Assembly: GCA_964016885.1 (NCBI GenBank)
Contig: OZ024742.1
Location: 325,252,001-325,316,000 of the forward strand
Origin: Eledone cirrhosa
Taxonomy: Eukaryota
DNA: 64,000 nt
Direction: 5' to 3'
Notes under the pieces: generated by a model
What the model was told of the DNA's origin: nothing
Seen by the model: only the letters and a program-made list of their open reading frames with translations
Databases searched by the model: none
Program-made: the position numbers and the translations under genes
Shown: in pieces, positions 51,159-64,000 of the stretch
How the letters are laid out: every line of letters starts with the position of its first letter
Position numbering within the stretch: the stretch's first letter is position 1

Positions 51159-53698
51159 CTAATGGATACGGTTTAAACTACCGGAGCTTTTAGGTCTATA
51201 ATAGAAGAAGGAATTAGAAATAGCATGCGGACAGGAAGAAAAAAATTTAGATTTTCTCTTAAGCAATGCGTTCCTAGAGAAAATTATAGAGTGGGTCTCT
51301 AGGATACAAAGATTACAAAATTTAGCGTGTGTTGAAAGGTGATTAGAGTGTGCTACTATACGCCAATTTAGGCTATATGGTATACCAGCCCCTTTTAAAT
51401 CCCAGATATGGTGTGCTAAAGAAGTAGAGTTCTTAAACTTGATATGTTTAAAATTAGAAATATATGAATTAAACCTAGTTTTAAAAGTATTAGATGTGGA
51501 GCCTATATATGTTCTACAAGAAGAATTAGTCTTAACTTCACATGCATAAACAATATTCCTAGAGAGGCAGTGACCATTCAAAGGGCAGTTATTACTTAAT
51601 CTACAGCTACACTGCCGGGTATTAGTGATTAGCTGATTATGCGATGCATTATTCCTAGGGTTATTAGAAGATAAGATCTGCTCGGGTGGTAAGTTGTTAA
51701 TAGAGCTATCTAGATTAGTGGTACGCAAAGAGCAGTAGCTGTCCCTAATTTTCCTATTATTAGTGCTAGCTAGATGAGAATTAATGTTAGGAGTGGTGGA
51801 GAAGGAGATTTAATTAATTCTTATTAAAGATACTATGGTATTTATTAGTAGGAGGGAACTTTTTCTATAAAATAGAAAAGAAAGATCTAGGGATATTAGT
51901 TAATACTTCATGATTATAAGGCGGGTTAAAGTAAGTATTGAGCCTCCTCCTATTCTTACCTTTACTATTTCTATTTCTATCTCGTATCCTACTAATAGGA
52001 TTAGGGTTAATACTAGGACTAGTAGAACTAACACTATTAGAAGCCGCTAAAACATTACCACTGGGTGAACGTTCAGAGCGCCTATCCTGTGCACTAGAAC
52101 TAATCTCAAAAAGTGCACCATTAGACTCACTATTACGATTTTTATTGTGGTAGTTATACATATGGTTCGGTTTGGATGAATCAATAACATTTCTATGATT
52201 CCTAAATTTTCTTCTCCCATTCAAGGCCATATTATGGGATATCACGTTATTATGGGTAAACGGAGTCATTCCAAGGTCGTCATCGTTATAGTGTATTCTA
52301 CCAGAGTAACCAGAGTTAGCTAGGGCATTATTATAATACTCAGCATGTGAATTAAATATTCCTATATCTTTAGAGAGTGTGGAGATTCTGTTAGATACAC
52401 CATTAATAATAGAACTAATCATAGATTTAGGGTGGTTGGAATTAGGATTAACGTAAGAGAGTGTCTCATTTGGCTTGTGGAAGGGTTTATAATTATTAGT
52501 GACCAAGTCTAATGTCATCTAAAAAGTCAACAGCTCTATCATTCTTATCAATCGTGATCGAAAGGTTATAATTTTTAAAAAATGTATATAACTTCTTCCT
52601 ATTATGTTCAATGCTATTAGTACTAGAGTTTATCACAAATAATGCATCGTCACGATAAAGTCCACCTTTAAGATGCGGAAAGCTAACATAAAGTTCGTTC
52701 AAGAGGTACAGCCCAACAAGATCAGTTACCTGCGCAGAATCACTTGAACCCATGGTAACGTCAAAGTTGTTGGGTGTGTTTTTACGCGTCCAAAATGTAT
52801 CCTCGAATTTGATGATAGTCCTACGGGCGGCTAGTATAACATCAATCTGGGGTTGCGTAAGACTAGACATTCGCATGCCATAATTAGGGCTTTATTAAGA
52901 AGGATAGGTGAAATCGACGTGTAATAGGCGTCTATATCAAACTGGATAAACCTACTAGACTTAAGCTTATTTATACCAGAGAACCAATCAATAACATCCA
53001 TAGTATTCACCCATAGATTAAAATGAACCTTTCCCCTAACGGTCGGTATAATCAGGTCAATAATTTTTTTACTAATTATAGCTATATCAGACTTAGAAGG
53101 ACTGATAAGTCTAACAGCAGGATTACTTAAGAAGTCCACCTTATGATCCTTAAGTGTGAATCTATGTTCCCTAGGGTAATAAGGTTGGGTATACTTATCA
53201 AGACCCAGATCTGAAACTATCTTGAGGCCCTCATTATTAATTTGATCTAAATTATCCTGCGTTGTCTTTTTGTAATTTTTATGTAACTCCTTATAAATAA
53301 AATTACGGTAGGCAATATAATCCATAGAGTAAAGATTCTTAGTCTTGTCAGCCGGGAGAAGAATAGACCTATTCCCTTTAAAATCCTTAACAATATTCCT
53401 AAGTTTAGACTGGAACCTGTCAAATTTATTATAGTTCCCATATTTATTATGCGGCTTATATTTAATATTTATGACAAGGGAAAATAAATCGTTCTCAAAA
53501 CTATCTAATAGAACATTATGTGGTGGACTTTTATAAGTCTTGAAGCCAAAGTTATTGAATGGAGTCTTACTACAGGGGGTTATTCCTATTCCTATTACTA
53601 TCAAAGTGGAAAGCACGCCATCTAATCCATTTTACGAATGAGTTAACGCTAGCAATCAAGAGTTTTTCATAAGTATTTCTAGAAGGGATGGGACTATT
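51159..53698 (-). pseudogene. PLE reverse transcriptase + GIY-YIG endonuclease (several frameshifts and stops)
   Basis: NSPIPSRNTY..WIRWRAF; PADKTKNLY; LKDHK..F..NP.VRLISPSKSDI; FIQFDIDAYYTSI; FDVTMGSSDSAQVTDLVG; GLYRDDAL; VDFLD.TLDL; YFNPPY; CSCR..CPLNGHC; YIGSTSNTFKTRF; CNLCILE. Confidence 0.92.
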
Positions 53699-53954
53699 CT
53701 ACAGAGATAAAGGCAAGTAGCTCTTTGTTAGCATACTGTTAGATGTATATAAAGGCCAAAACACCAGTATATAGGATAAAGCTCAACCAATCGGGAGCCG
53801 TAATAAGATTAAAATACTTGAGTGCGTTAGAGTTAAACACACTCGTCGTATTAGAGAAATGACAGTATAACATATAGCTCAATGTAGTACAACATAGCAG
53901 AAAAATTATAAAAAATAAACAAAGAAGCCTTCAATACATCAAAAGTCTTTATTA

Positions 53955-53995
53955 GCCGACAATGTTTCGTCCCATTAATAAGGACTCATCAGGGC
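53955..53995 (-). ncRNA. Canonical minimal type-I hammerhead ribozyme in the PLE 5' pseudo-LTR
   Basis: Minus: GCC-CUGAUGA-GUCC UUAUUAAUG GGAC-GAAA-CAUU-GUC-GGC-U-AAUAAA. Confidence 0.88.
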
Positions 53996-54049
53996 AAGCA
54001 AAGAGACAAGAAGCATTAACGGTCAGAACAAGCCAAAACTCAGTTATGA

Positions 54050-57035
54050 AATTATATAAATTTTTTTAAAATTATAACCTTTCGATCACGATTGAGAAGA
54101 ATGATAGAGCTGTTGACTTTTTAGATGTGACATTAGACTTGGTCACTAATAATTATAAACCCTTCCACAAGCCAAATGAGACACTCTCTTACGTTAATCC
54201 TAATTCCAACCACCCTAAATCTATGATTAGTTCTATTATTAATGGTGTATCTAATAGAATCTCCACACTCTCTAAAGATATAGGAATATTTAATTCACAT
54301 GCTGAGTATTATAATATTGCCCTAGCTAACTCTGGTTACACTGGTAGAATACACTATAAAGATGACATCCTTGGAATGACCCCGTTTACCCATGATAACG
54401 TGATATCCCATAATATGGCCTTGAATGGGAGAAGAACATTTAGGAATCATAGAAATGTTATTGATTCATCCAAACCGAACCATATGTATAACTACCACAA
54501 TAAAAATCGTAATAGTGAGTCTAATGGTGCACTTTTTGAGATTAGTTCTAGTGAACAGGATAGGCGCTCTGAACGTTCACCCAGTGGTAATGTTTTAGCG
54601 GCTTCTAATAGTGTTAGTTCTACTAGTCCTAGTATTAACCCTAATCCTATTAGTAGGATACGAGATAGAAATAGAAGTAGTAAAGGTAAGAATAGGAGGA
54701 AGCTCAATACTTACTTTAACCCGCCTTATAATCATGAAGTATTAACTAATATCCCTAGATCTTTCCCTCCTACTAATAAATACCATAGTATCTTTAATAA
54801 GAATGTAATTAAACTCTCCTTCTCCACCATCCCTAACATTAATTCTCATCTAGCTAGCACTAATAATAGGAAAATTAGGGACAGCTACTGCTCTTTGCGT
54901 ACTACTAATCTAGATAGCTCTATTAACAACTTACCACCCGAGCAGATCTTATCTTCTAATAACCCTAGGAATAATGCATCGCATAATCAGCTAATCACTA
55001 ATACCCGGATGTGTAACTGTAGATTAAGTAATAACTGCCCTTTGAATGGTCACTGCCGCTCTAGGAATATTGTTTATGCATGTGAAGTTAAGACTAATTC
55101 TTCTTGTAGAACATATATAGGCTCCACATCTAATACTTTTAAAACTAGGTTTAATTCACATATTTCTAATTTTAAACATATCAAGTTTAAGAACTCTACT
55201 TCTTTAGCACACCATATCTGGGATTGAAAAGGGGCTGGTATACCATATAGCCTAAATTGGCGTATAGTAGCACACTCTAATCACCTTTCAACACACGCTA
55301 AATTTTGTAATCTTTGTATCCTAGAGACCCACTCTATAATTTTCTCTAGGAACGCATTGCTTAAGAGAAAATCTGAAATTTGTTCTTCCTTTCCGCATGC
55401 TATTTCTAATTCCTTCTTCTATTATAGACCTAAAAGCTCCGGTAGTTTAAACCGTATCCATTAGCTGCTAAATTTCCTTATCTCTTTGGTTTTAGTTCAT
55501 TATTATTACCATTATTGGTTTTCTACGGTTTTCCGTTTTTAGTTTTCATAGTCTTTTTAGCTATCTTACCCTATCTATCATCTTTACCATTATTACATTT
55601 TTACTCACCATTGTCGCCTTATAAGTTTCTATCTTTGTTTTCATCCCTGGTTGGGATGAAGATAATATTATATTTAATATTATATATAAAATTTATGTAT
55701 GGTCAATTTATATTGATTATATATAAATGTTTACCTTTATGCTCCTTCCTACCCTCCATAGTTCTACTTCTTTCTGTTCCCATTGGTATACCATAGTTTT
55801 CTTTAGAGTTTTTTCCTTGATAACGTAATTCGTCTAGACGGATCGTAATATATCTTGATAAATCTTTTAGCTTTCTTATTGAAATATCTTAATCTTATTC
55901 GACTTTGATGACTTAAATTTTGTTCCATATGAAGTGACCCATAATGTCTTTTAAACAGTTTTAGTACTAATTAATTTAATGAGGTTTTCAATTTAATTCT
56001 TTGATCCAGAATAGTAATATTATCCATATTTACCTAGTGACTTATAACGCCTACGTGTCTACGCTTGTTTTTGTTTTTCTTCTTCGTTTTATTTTATTTA
56101 TTTTTTACTACCGCATGCTGTCTGTTCTCCTATCATTTGTTATTGTCTCCTGATATGTCTATTTGTATGCATCGCGTAAATATGTCTTAAGCATTTTCCA
56201 TTGATTCTGTGTGTCTGCTATTATAATATTAACATTAATATATCATATTATTTTTATGTAATTGAATTATATATACATGTCCAATATTGAGGTACTGTCC
56301 TGTAATATTTTATGAATTTGAACTGCATATACCTCTGGATATTTATTGTCAATATTATATATAGTTATATATATTTTTTCACCATACTTTATTTTTATAT
56401 GATATTTTTTCTTACCCTGTGAAAAACTTTATGTACAGTTTGTTGACTTTTAATGATACCTATGATGTAGTTTTATATATTTTTTAATGTCAGTATATTA
56501 TTCCTTTGTTTTTGATATTGTTTATGCACACCGTCAGGGTGATTATGCTATTATATTATAGCGAGTATACTTATATCTAAATATTTAAACAGATGTTAGT
56601 ATGTGTTTGTGTAAATGTGTATATATATGGATATATATATATACATATATATTAACCTTTTTATTTCTTATTATCCATTATATTGTATTCTATATCATAT
56701 TATAATTCTCATATTGTATTACCATGTTGTGTTTCATGTATTTGTCTTATATTGTTCTTTCAACGTGGGTTTGACATATTACTCGCTCTCTTGCCATATA
56801 GTCTATATTTGCAAATGCAAACTTTTAGCTTTAGAATGTCTTTCCATGATGTCTTTCCTAAGTTTTCATAGATATAAATTCCCTGTTCTTCTGAGTTTTG
56901 GCTTGTTCTGGCCGTTAATGCTTCTTGTCTCTTTGCTTGCCCTGATGAGTCCTTATTAATGGGACGAAACATTGTCGGCTAATAAAGACTTTTGATGTAT
57001 TGAAGGCTTCTTTGTTTATTTTTTATAATTTTTAT
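54050..57035 (+). mobile_element. Inverted, 5'-truncated sister copy of the same PLE (head-to-head), ending in an HHR pseudo-LTR at (TA)n
   Basis: Reverse complement of ~49730-52590 at high identity; ORF 54127-55227 covers RT thumb, linker and EN and ends at a TTA>TGA nonsense change. Confidence 0.92.
56939..56979 (+). ncRNA. Canonical minimal type-I hammerhead ribozyme at the PLE 3' end
   Basis: GCC-CTGATGA-GTCC TTATTAATG GGAC-GAAA-CATT-GTC-GGC; predicted cleavage after C56976; AATAAA at 56981-56986. Confidence 0.9.
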
Positions 57036-57140
57036 AAATATATACATATATAAACATATATACAAATAAATACATATATACATATATATACATATATGCA
57101 TATATATATATATATATATATATGCATATATATATATATA

Positions 57141-57241
<101 letters not shown>

Positions 57242-59589
57242 CAAAGGAAGTGTGGTAAGGGACCAGGTGGACCACAACGCACCAGAATACTCAATACTAA
57301 GAGTAGTAGAGTGGGTAATAGGAAATTGTTCAAGAACCCGACGGCAGAGATCAACCCGTTTCGGCGGCTATTTCTGGACTTGCATGGTATGTATAATGAA
57401 GAAACTGGAGCTTGGTGGAAAAATCGGGATATGGCGTGGTATGGTCGGAAAGTGATCTACTACAGAGGTAGGAGTTATATAACAAAAGAAGTATGGTAAG
57501 GAACTAGGTGGACCATAACGCATCAGAATAGTAGTCCAGAAACAGCCTTCGAAACGGTTTGAGCTCTACCGTCGGGGCCTTGAACAAATAGTTTAAAGAA
57601 TATAGTTATTACACATACATGTGATTTCTAAAAGTGAACTAATTTTGAAACGTATTTCTTCTGGAAAGTTTTCAGTCTATAATTTGTTTTATTTTTTTTT
57701 TATAAAACAAAGTCGATTGTGGTTTATTTGAAAACTAAATATCCGCAGCCATACGCTGTGTCTTTCTTTTATGTTGTAGCACTAACTCGATGTATTTTAT
57801 TGATATTGATCATGAAATTCCCATTGAGTATTTTGACGTGATCTAAAAGAATTATTGTTGAGTTAAGTTCCCTAGATTCTACATTTATTTCAAACTTGTT
57901 CAGCACTTTCAGCTAATCAATCACACCGCACTCAGTTTTAGAGGTGATGCACTCCTCATGGCATATTAAAGTCTTAATTGGTTCCTGCAATGGACAGTAA
58001 GTGATTAGGAATGTACTGTTTTAACTTCAGCAACAGATCAAAACCATAGTAGTAGAATATTAAATAGACATCTGCAGTATGCAAAATAGTATAAGGCCTG
58101 ACAAAATACCAATAAAAAAGTAAAATACATAAAAAAATAATAAACACATAGAGAGCCAGAGCCGTTTGATAATCTGTTGTGCAAGATCTAAAATTTGTGT
58201 TTAAATACTAACCTATTCTAGTCGCCTTCAACTACGCTGCACATATTCAATTATTCTCATATGATACCGTCTCTTACTGGCGCGATAATGAGCTAAAACG
58301 CCGTTGTAGGTTATAGTTCTACACACTAAAATCGAGCCTTATGCCTTATCTAAGTTACCTATGCATCATGGCTGATCTATGATCGAATATAAAAGTGGAG
58401 CAATTTAGAATTTAAGACCAAAGTATAGCTGGCATATATCTACAGATGAAATGAAACTGTGAATGATATATAAAGAAATTATAAAAACCAGGTATACAAA
58501 ACATAATGTCTCCACAATAATTATACATTGAATTACGAATGTTGTGAGCTGCAATAAGATTATAATTTCTAATTGATGAATCTCCCAAAATCATATATAA
58601 AATACATTAGTGGAGCTAATGTTTTAAGAATGAAACCTCATATACAACATTAGAACTTACGATCACTAAATGGACCCCTAACATTGTTACTAGATGTATT
58701 GTTATTGCACTGATTAGATCTGAAAAGCAGAATTGACCCACAATATTATTTCAATATAAACTAGCATATTAGCAGTCTAAACACATTTTAATTTAATCTT
58801 AATAAAACTTACGAGTGCTACAAATAACATTAGTGATAGAGTTGACACATTTTGAGAGCGATTTTATTTGTATATAATTTCTAATTAAACAACAGTTGAA
58901 TAATTGATTTATATTCTAAGAACATTGAACTAATTAGTCTGATTTTTCTAGATTAATATATTTATCGAATTTGTAGTGAAGTGTTTAATTCAAAATTAAT
59001 TATGCTACTATATCCTTTCTTTGTTTTATGTAGTTTGCAATTTTGAGTACGCTTAGAAAATTACATAAGATATGATAATGTCAGCATGTTAGAAATGGAA
59101 CAGAATAATATAGAATTGACACTATGCGACTCACACAATCAAAACCGAAGTTCGATACAGGAATAATGAGCGCAGACTGTTACCTAAGCGTACCTCAGTG
59201 TATATAGAGTATTTATAATGCGTAAAACATATTTAAAAGACACATATACGATTTTCTAGTCTTTTTCCAATTCGACATTCTCAAGACTGATAGCAAAACT
59301 AATAGATTTACTGTTCTTTGAAAATACAGTATAGCTATTAAATAAATATTCTGGCGAGTAGAAAGTTCAAAGTAGGGAACGAAATGTTGGTTACTGTTCA
59401 CACTTTAAATTATGTATTCAGTCTGACATTGATCACAGTCTCATCTACAGTACACTCAATGAATTAATACATGGATTGATGAATTAATACATGGATTGAA
59501 TGATTTAACATGCGCTATGGGACATATATATTTACTACATTTATTAATCCTTTGTAATACAATGTTTTCTAACTTTATTATCTGTCATT

Positions 59590-60077
59590 TGTCACCCGCT
59601 CTCCAGTTATCTATTTAAAGTTGTATATAGCTATGGTGCGGCCACACTTAGAATTTGCATCACCAGTCAAGAACCCCATCTTGCTCAGAGCATTGACCTC
59701 TTGGAAATTGTTCAGAGACGTGCAACCAAGCGAATACCCTCCACCAGGCAACTACCATACACTGAACGCCTGGCTTCCCTAGGCATGGTTACATTGAAGA
59801 TCCGATATCTAGCAACTGATTTTTGAAACACCCACAAAATTATTAACCATCTTGCCAACAACAACCCTGAGCATCTTTTGATTTCTATGTGTCTAACACA
59901 CGTGGGCATGCCTACAAAGTCTGAAAACAGAACAGCTCCCATGACTTTCGGAAACATTTTTTCACGCTCAGCTTTACTGAAGCATGGAATAAACTACCTG
60001 CATCGATTGTTAGTTGTTGAGTTACTGCATCCTTAAAAACCCCTATGCTTCATGAAATTCGCCAACACTACACCTGA
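59590..60077 (+). mobile_element. Decayed CR1-clade LINE 3' fragment
   Basis: Translates to LYIAMVRPHLEFASPV.NP...IDLLEIVQRRATKRIP..RQLPYTERLASLG..TL, then ...FF......EAWNKLP. Confidence 0.8.
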
Positions 60078-60422
60078 TATCCATACACACGCACACATGT
60101 AGTTCACTTTCCTGACATTTGAACATATTATGTGTACTTTACATGCACATCTTTGATGAGTTGTAGTGCAACTGAGCACTCTACACAATAATTTCATTAT
60201 TTCTATTATATCTGTTCTAGAAAAGTAATGTAAAGATATTTCTTATACCTCAGAAATAAGTGGATTTTCGCTTGTTTATAAACACGCTCGCATAAATCCC
60301 ATGTAGATGTTTTTGTCACGAAGGGCTAGGAACATTTAGGAACATTTCAATTTAGAGCAATGTGTCTGTTTAACTACACTTTTGAGTAGCTAGAGAGTAT
60401 TTATCAGAACCGGGTATTTAAT

Positions 60423-60501
<79 letters not shown>

Positions 60502-60668
60502 CACACACACACCTGCACATAACACATTCACACATACACACACGCACACACGAACACTAGCACATACACAAATGCAAACTCATATGCACACATATACACT
60601 CACAAATATATGTATATATATATGAGTATGTATGTATTTGTGAAAGTAGTCATGTATGTGTGTGTGTA

Positions 60669-60730
<62 letters not shown>

Positions 60731-60739
60731 CAAGTTTAA

Positions 60740-61250
60740 ATGTGTTGCTAAGACAACCATAAAGATTTTTTTGTAGGTCAGCGGGTGAGACGGAGCGGGC
60801 TCAGCTGAGGCAGGCATCGAAGAAATGTTCATGGCGTAGGCAGTTACAGGTATTCCTTATGTCAAGCTTGACAATGAAATACCTCGTGAACTTCGACGGT
60901 GGTTCCAATGGGCAGGTGTTGAAGAACTGCCTAGCTGCATGTGCGGACACCTCACACCCACCTGACACGCCGATCACTAGTTGCACCGCGCTGAGCTCCT
61001 CACTCAGTTTAACTCTAATTGACATTGGCAGCCTGACCTGGATGACTTTGCAAGAATGATGGATCGTATGTCACCCTCTTTCTTTCTGAGAACGATCAGG
61101 CTGACCGAAAAGAGAGACCTCGGGCATAAGGATCCGGGTCGCCATGGATGTACCTGTTGAAGAGTGGCATAATTGCACAGAAAAGGCCAGCTTTTCGCAA
61201 TTGGCCGTACTGATTCGACCTGAGAAAAACGGCACTGCTATTGAAGCGTT
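60740..61250 (-). mobile_element. CRE-clade non-LTR RT fragment
   Basis: QLVIGVSGGCEVSAHAAR...IVKLDIRNTCNCLR resembles the CRE RT motif QxGVGxxGGCEAxxHAxR..KLDFxNAFN. Confidence 0.65.
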
Positions 61251-61383
61251 ATGTCTTATCTTATGACCTATATCTACAGGCAAAACGACAGAGTAACAAG
61301 ACTCCCTATTTAGCTTTCGAAAATGAATATATATTTGATCGGATGTACTGGAACACTCGTCGTCGTAACCGACAGAGTGCCTT

Positions 61384-61453
<70 letters not shown>

Positions 61454-61905
61454 GTGCATGCATACTTACAAACATGAATACATACGTGCATAAAGTATAC
61501 AGGTAATAATAGAAAAAATATATGAATGAAACTTGGTGAAAAACTAATTTCATCTATTGCTCGTTTCACTATTTTTCTTTTGACTGAAAAAAGTAATATA
61601 CGTTTATGGGACACACGAGTTGAAATGCAAAAAATATATAGTATGCAGCTTAAAATGCCAAGAATACATTCTAAAAAAATAGGACAAAGAATTAATACTA
61701 CTTTTGAAAGACATACCGGGAAGTAAATCGAAAAAATATTTTTTTCCGCTTATTTGACAATAAATATATTTTATTCATAACATTCTTGATATTCCCCCCC
61801 CCCCAACTTCTTCTCCTTAATTCATCTTTCTAGTCAATCAAATTCTCTCCACAATTCTCTTTTCCTTCTCTCTCCCTATATCTATATATACATACACACA
61901 CAGAG

Positions 61906-61937
<32 letters not shown>

Positions 61938-62104
61938 TTATATATATACATAAATAGCGTCGAGACACTTTATAATATAATCGTACTCCACTACCAAAAG
62001 TGTCGAGTAATCATATATACATATATACAAACATGCTATATATATACACACAGAGACCGACACGCACACACGCGCACCCACACGCAAACACACACACATA
62101 TAAG

Positions 62105-62288
62105 GGAACAAAGAATCAGTGTTGCATCATATACACACGCGAGTTTTCATGTTAAAATATATCTGAGGAGCATACGATTCCAGAGTCAGGTCCGATTATT
62201 AGTAGATCGGTCCTGGAGCTGATCGACAGAGAAACATGTGTAATATGTAATTAAATACCTATATGATGCAGCACTGATTCTTTGTTCT
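62105..62288 (+). ncRNA. Short element: long-stem-II hammerhead motif (62157-62248) bracketed by 28-bp inverted repeats
   Basis: ATATAT-CTGAGGA-[61 nt incl. CGAT/ATCG, TCCAG/CTGGA, CCGAT/ATCGG]-GAAA-CATGT-GTA-ATATGT-AATTAAA; IR GAACAAAGAATCAGTGTTGCATCATATA / TATATGATGCAGCACTGATTCTTTGTTC. Confidence 0.6.
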
Positions 62289-62419
62289 TTTATATATTAA
62301 TACTATTGATACCCTGCTCCCCAAGAGCATCGAGTGCTCATTCGGCATACCATCTATGGACGCAATTAACTTGTACCTTAATACCTATACATACACACAT
62401 CTATATATATATATATATA

Positions 62420-62520
62420 TATATAATGTTTAATATAGAAATGGCTTCTACAGGACTAGAACTATTTCATTGAAACAGTTCTAGCCCTGTAAAAGCCATT
62501 TCTATATTAAACATTATATA
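62420..62520. repeat. ~100-bp hairpin palindrome
   Basis: ATAATGTTTAATATAGAAATGGCTTCTACAGGACTAGAACTATTTCA-T-TGAAACAGTTCTAGCCCTGTAAAAGCCATTTCTATATTAAACATTAT; one arm also occurs at ~36872-36908. Confidence 0.8.
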
Positions 62521-62582
62521 CTCTGCTATGTATAGTGTACCTTACTTACTGTGGTTGCCCCCGATTGAACCCGAGATATACG

Positions 62583-62635
<53 letters not shown>

Positions 62636-62661
62636 CTATATACATACATACATATATATAT

Positions 62662-63037
62662 ATATATTGAAAATATAACAAGGACGATTGGTTACTCCCT
62701 CATTACATTTATTGGTAGGTGACGCGCGTTTCGCCACTGATCAGCTCAATGTTCGATCTGTATCGATCTTACCCGACTCTGTAATCGGCAGCTCGACGGA
62801 CCCTTTAAAATGCTATGAGAAAACGAATACAGGCTATATGATAAAGTCCTGACTTTATCATATAACATGTATTCATTTTCTTATAGCATTTTAAAGGGTC
62901 CGTCGAGCTGCCGATTATAGAGTCGGGTAAAATCGATACAGATCGAACATTGAGCTGATCAGTGGCGAAACGCGCGTCACCTACCAATAAATGTAATGAG
63001 GGAGTAACCAATCGTCCTTGTTATCCTTTCAATATAT
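62662..63037. repeat. Palindrome with ~187-bp arms and a 2-nt spacer, carrying degenerate HHR motifs
   Basis: Centre ATAAAGTC-CT-GACTTTAT (62849-62850); right arm GGGT-CCGTCGA-GCTGC...GTGGC-GAAA-CGCGC-GTC-ACCT-ACCAATAAA. Confidence 0.85.
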
Positions 63038-63142
63038 TACACTCTGTATAGCTCTACACCTCAACACAGAAGTGAACCTAAACATCGAGTGCTCACCCGG
63101 GTGAACCTGCAGTAACTCCAAGTTACACTCCCTAGATACATA

Positions 63143-63227
<85 letters not shown>

Positions 63228-63230
63228 AGG

Positions 63231-63287
<57 letters not shown>

Positions 63288-63315
63288 AGGTATATATATA
63301 TATATATATATATGG

Positions 63316-63382
<67 letters not shown>

Positions 63383-63904
63383 TATACATATACGTATATA
63401 TGCATACACAACCTATGATGTCTGTCTACCTGCATCTTTCAGATGAATGAACGGAAACAGAAGGTGTATTGGTCTGTGTATTATAGCCGGGTGGAGAGAG
63501 GTAGTGACATTTATTAAAGAGAGAGTCGGAGAGAGGATATCAGTCCCATATTACATGTAGCTCCGAAATAATTTTATATTTGCTGATGAAAATAATATCG
63601 TTTGATACGGAAAACGCGATGTATTCTGAACTCTTATTTACTGAATATTCATAAATATTGTTGCTGTAGTTGTTGATGTTGTTGTTGTTGTTGTTACTGT
63701 TACTATTATTATTAGTTGGACTTCCTTAGATGTCTAGAGACACTCCTGGGGACTTCTTATTTATTATTGTTACTGAATGATTGAAGTGGCATTTATTACG
63801 CTGGGATTATAAGGGCGTAGCTAACATCAAAGGTTGGGTGGAGAAGTATTACAAACCTACTCATGCACTTTCACCTCTCTGACAACTTTCATCTCTATTT
63901 CCAG

Positions 63905-64000
63905 AATATGCCAATGCGGACTCGGGGAAATTGCAAAGGGTCCTATCGGCCGTATTTAGATTATATCAGAGTTGCAGATAGAAACGTTCTAGGTCTTGGG
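63905..64000 (+). other. Possible host exon start (unverified)
   Basis: Branch-like CTGAC, pyrimidine tract and TTTCCAG| followed by a stop-free frame NMPMRTRGNCKGSYRPYLDYIRVADRNVLGLG to the window end; no recognised homology. Confidence 0.15.

Larger units (their letters stand above)
49727..54045 (-). mobile_element. Near-full-length Penelope-like element (Nematis-like): 5' pseudo-LTR with HHR, putative intron, RT-GIY-YIG ORF and long AT-rich 3' UTR
   Basis: See the ORF and HHR features; the 5' segment 53905-54045 matches the 3' end of the inverted sister copy (56890-57030). Confidence 0.92.

Noticed and set aside
55225-55227. In-frame TGA as possible selenocysteine (as in Naiad PLEs)
   Set aside because: The sister copy has TTA (Leu) at this position, and the element has a C-terminal rather than N-terminal EN; it is a simple nonsense change

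Overview
AT-rich eukaryotic (animal) intergenic or intronic DNA, dense in (TA)n/(CA)n microsatellites. The repeat content suggests a mollusc, probably an octopus or other cephalopod (inference, not verified). No host protein-coding gene is supported; most ORFs in the track are microsatellite artefacts. Recognisable elements: a near-intact RTE-clade LINE (APE endonuclease + RT, one late nonsense codon); a decayed CsRn1-like Ty3/Gypsy LTR element with a tRNA-Trp PBS; at least four families of GIY-YIG Penelope-like elements (PLEs); fragments of R4/Dong-, CR1- and CRE-like LINEs; two tRNA-SINE families; and a probable non-autonomous Helitron. The main structure the ORF track does not explain is a set of long inverted repeats and palindromes, mostly bounded by (TA)n. 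Most carry an outward-facing type-I hammerhead ribozyme (HHR) motif, often followed by an AATAAA/ATTAAA-like signal. I count about 11 sequence-unrelated HHR families and about 19 motifs by eye, including long-stem-II and U3-A8 core variants. I interpret these as ORF-less, fold-back PLE derivatives. PLE-associated HHRs are known in general; the density, diversity and zero-spacer palindromes here are what merit testing.
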